Source: Squalus acanthias (Eukaryota). From it: DNA of 64,000 bases. Below the pieces are notes generated by a model. It ran no database searches. It was not told where the DNA came from and saw only the letters and a list, made by a program, of their open reading frames with translations. Location of the stretch: positions 2,294,001 to 2,358,000 of the forward strand of contig CM059432.1 of NCBI GenBank assembly GCA_030390025.1. The letters run 5' to 3'. This document shows, one piece after another, positions 62,710 to 64,000 of the stretch (positions are counted from its first letter, which is position 1; each line of letters starts with the position of its first letter). The position numbers were made by a program, and so were the translations under genes.

Positions 62710-63241
62710 CGAAAGAAGGATATACTTGCCATAGAGGGAGTGCAATGAAGCTTCACCAGACAGTTCCTGGGATGAGGGGATTGTCCTATGAGGAGAGATT
62801 GAGTAGACTAGGCCTATATTCTCTAGAGTTCAGAAGAATGAGAGGTGATCTCATTGAAACATACAAAATTATTACAGGGCTTGTCAGGGTAGATGCAGGG
62901 AGGATGTTTCCCTTGGCTGGGGAGTCTAGAACCAGGGGTCACAGTCTCAGAATAAGGAGTCGGCTATTTAGGACTGAGATGAGGAGAAATTTCTTCACTC
63001 AGAGGGTGGTGAATCTTTGGAATTCTCTACCCCAGAGGGCTGTGGAGGCTCAGTCGTTGAGTATATTCAAGACAGAGATCGATAGATTTTTGATATTAAG
63101 GGAATCAAGGGATATGGGGATAGTGCAGGAAAGTGGAGTTGAGGTCGAAGATCAGCCATGATCTCATTGAATGACGGAGCAGACTCGAAGGGCCGAATGG
63201 CTGACTCCTGCTCCTATTTCTTATGTTCTTATGTTCTTATG
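62710..63241 (+). mobile_element. CR1 3' fragment
   Basis: LYSLEFRRMRGDLIETYKI; (TTCTTATG)n tail. Confidence 0.88.
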
Positions 63242-63451
63242 AACAGGAGGGTCAATTGACAAGGGGAAAGAAAATAGGGCATGGCGTCTAACGGGCAGCT
63301 GCCAGTTTATCCCCACCACCAAAAGTCCCCACAAAGTCCCAACAATTACCTCTAATTCTGTTGCTAAATTTGGTGTTGAGCTTAGTTGAGGCTGGGCAGT
63401 CGGTCAAAGACTGAAAGGCCAGTCGAGAACAAGACAGGGAGTTGACGTTTG

Positions 63452-64000
63452 TTGGGTAGGGGTATTAAGGGTTACGGAACCAAGGCGGGTAGATGGAGTT
63501 AAGATACAGATCAGCCATGATCTCATTGAATGGCGGAACAGGCTCGAGGGGCTGAATGGCCTCCTCCTGTTCCTATGTTCCTACAGAATTGAAAAGTAGG
63601 GAAGTTATGCTAAACCTGTATCGAACCTTGGTTAGACCATACTTCGAGTACTGCGTACAGTTCTGGTCGCCATATTATAAAAAGGATATAGAGGCACTGG
63701 AGAGGGTGCAGAGAAGATTTACAAGGATGATACCAGAAATGTGAGGGTATACATATCAGGAAAGGATGAACAGGCTGGGACTCTTTTCTCTTGAAAAAAG
63801 AAGGCTGAGGGGTGACCTAATAGAGGTCTTTAAAATTATGAAAGGTTTTGATAGAGTGGATACAGAGAGAGTGTTTCCACTTGTGGGGAAGAGCATAACT
63901 AGAGGCCATCAATATAAGATAGTCACCAAAAAATCCAATAGGGAATTCAGAAGAAACTTCTTTACCCAGAGAGTGGTGAGAATGTGGAACTCGCTACCAC
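63452..64000 (+). mobile_element. Two adjacent CR1 fragments (3' end 63452-63582; ORF2 C-terminal piece to window end)
   Basis: CCTATGTTCCTA tail; LYRTLVRPYFEYCVQFWSP. Confidence 0.8.

Overview
Eukaryotic, repeat-only DNA. The CR1, L2, RTE and Deu-domain-like SINE content suggests a vertebrate, probably a cartilaginous fish (inference). No host gene is recognisable. Bases 1 to ~50.8 kb are an AT-rich 17-18 bp tandem satellite (AAAGTTGTAATATTTAG / AAAAGTTGTAATATTTTG) with higher-order repeats. It is densely invaded by one PIF/Harbinger lineage: two near-identical autonomous elements (DDE transposase plus convergent 3-exon Myb/SANT gene), one decayed autonomous element, and about a dozen non-autonomous derivatives or MITEs. 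CR1 and L2 LINEs and one pogo-like MITE are also present. Most striking: most Harbinger insertions sit at one register of the monomer and duplicate GTA in the centre of a 15-bp AAA-N9-TTT site, not the adjacent canonical TAA, and one MITE has captured the satellite in inverted orientation. Together these suggest a satellite-homing, possibly satellite-spreading, Harbinger system. Bases ~50.8-64 kb are ordinary nested TE debris. All alignments and counts were done by eye.
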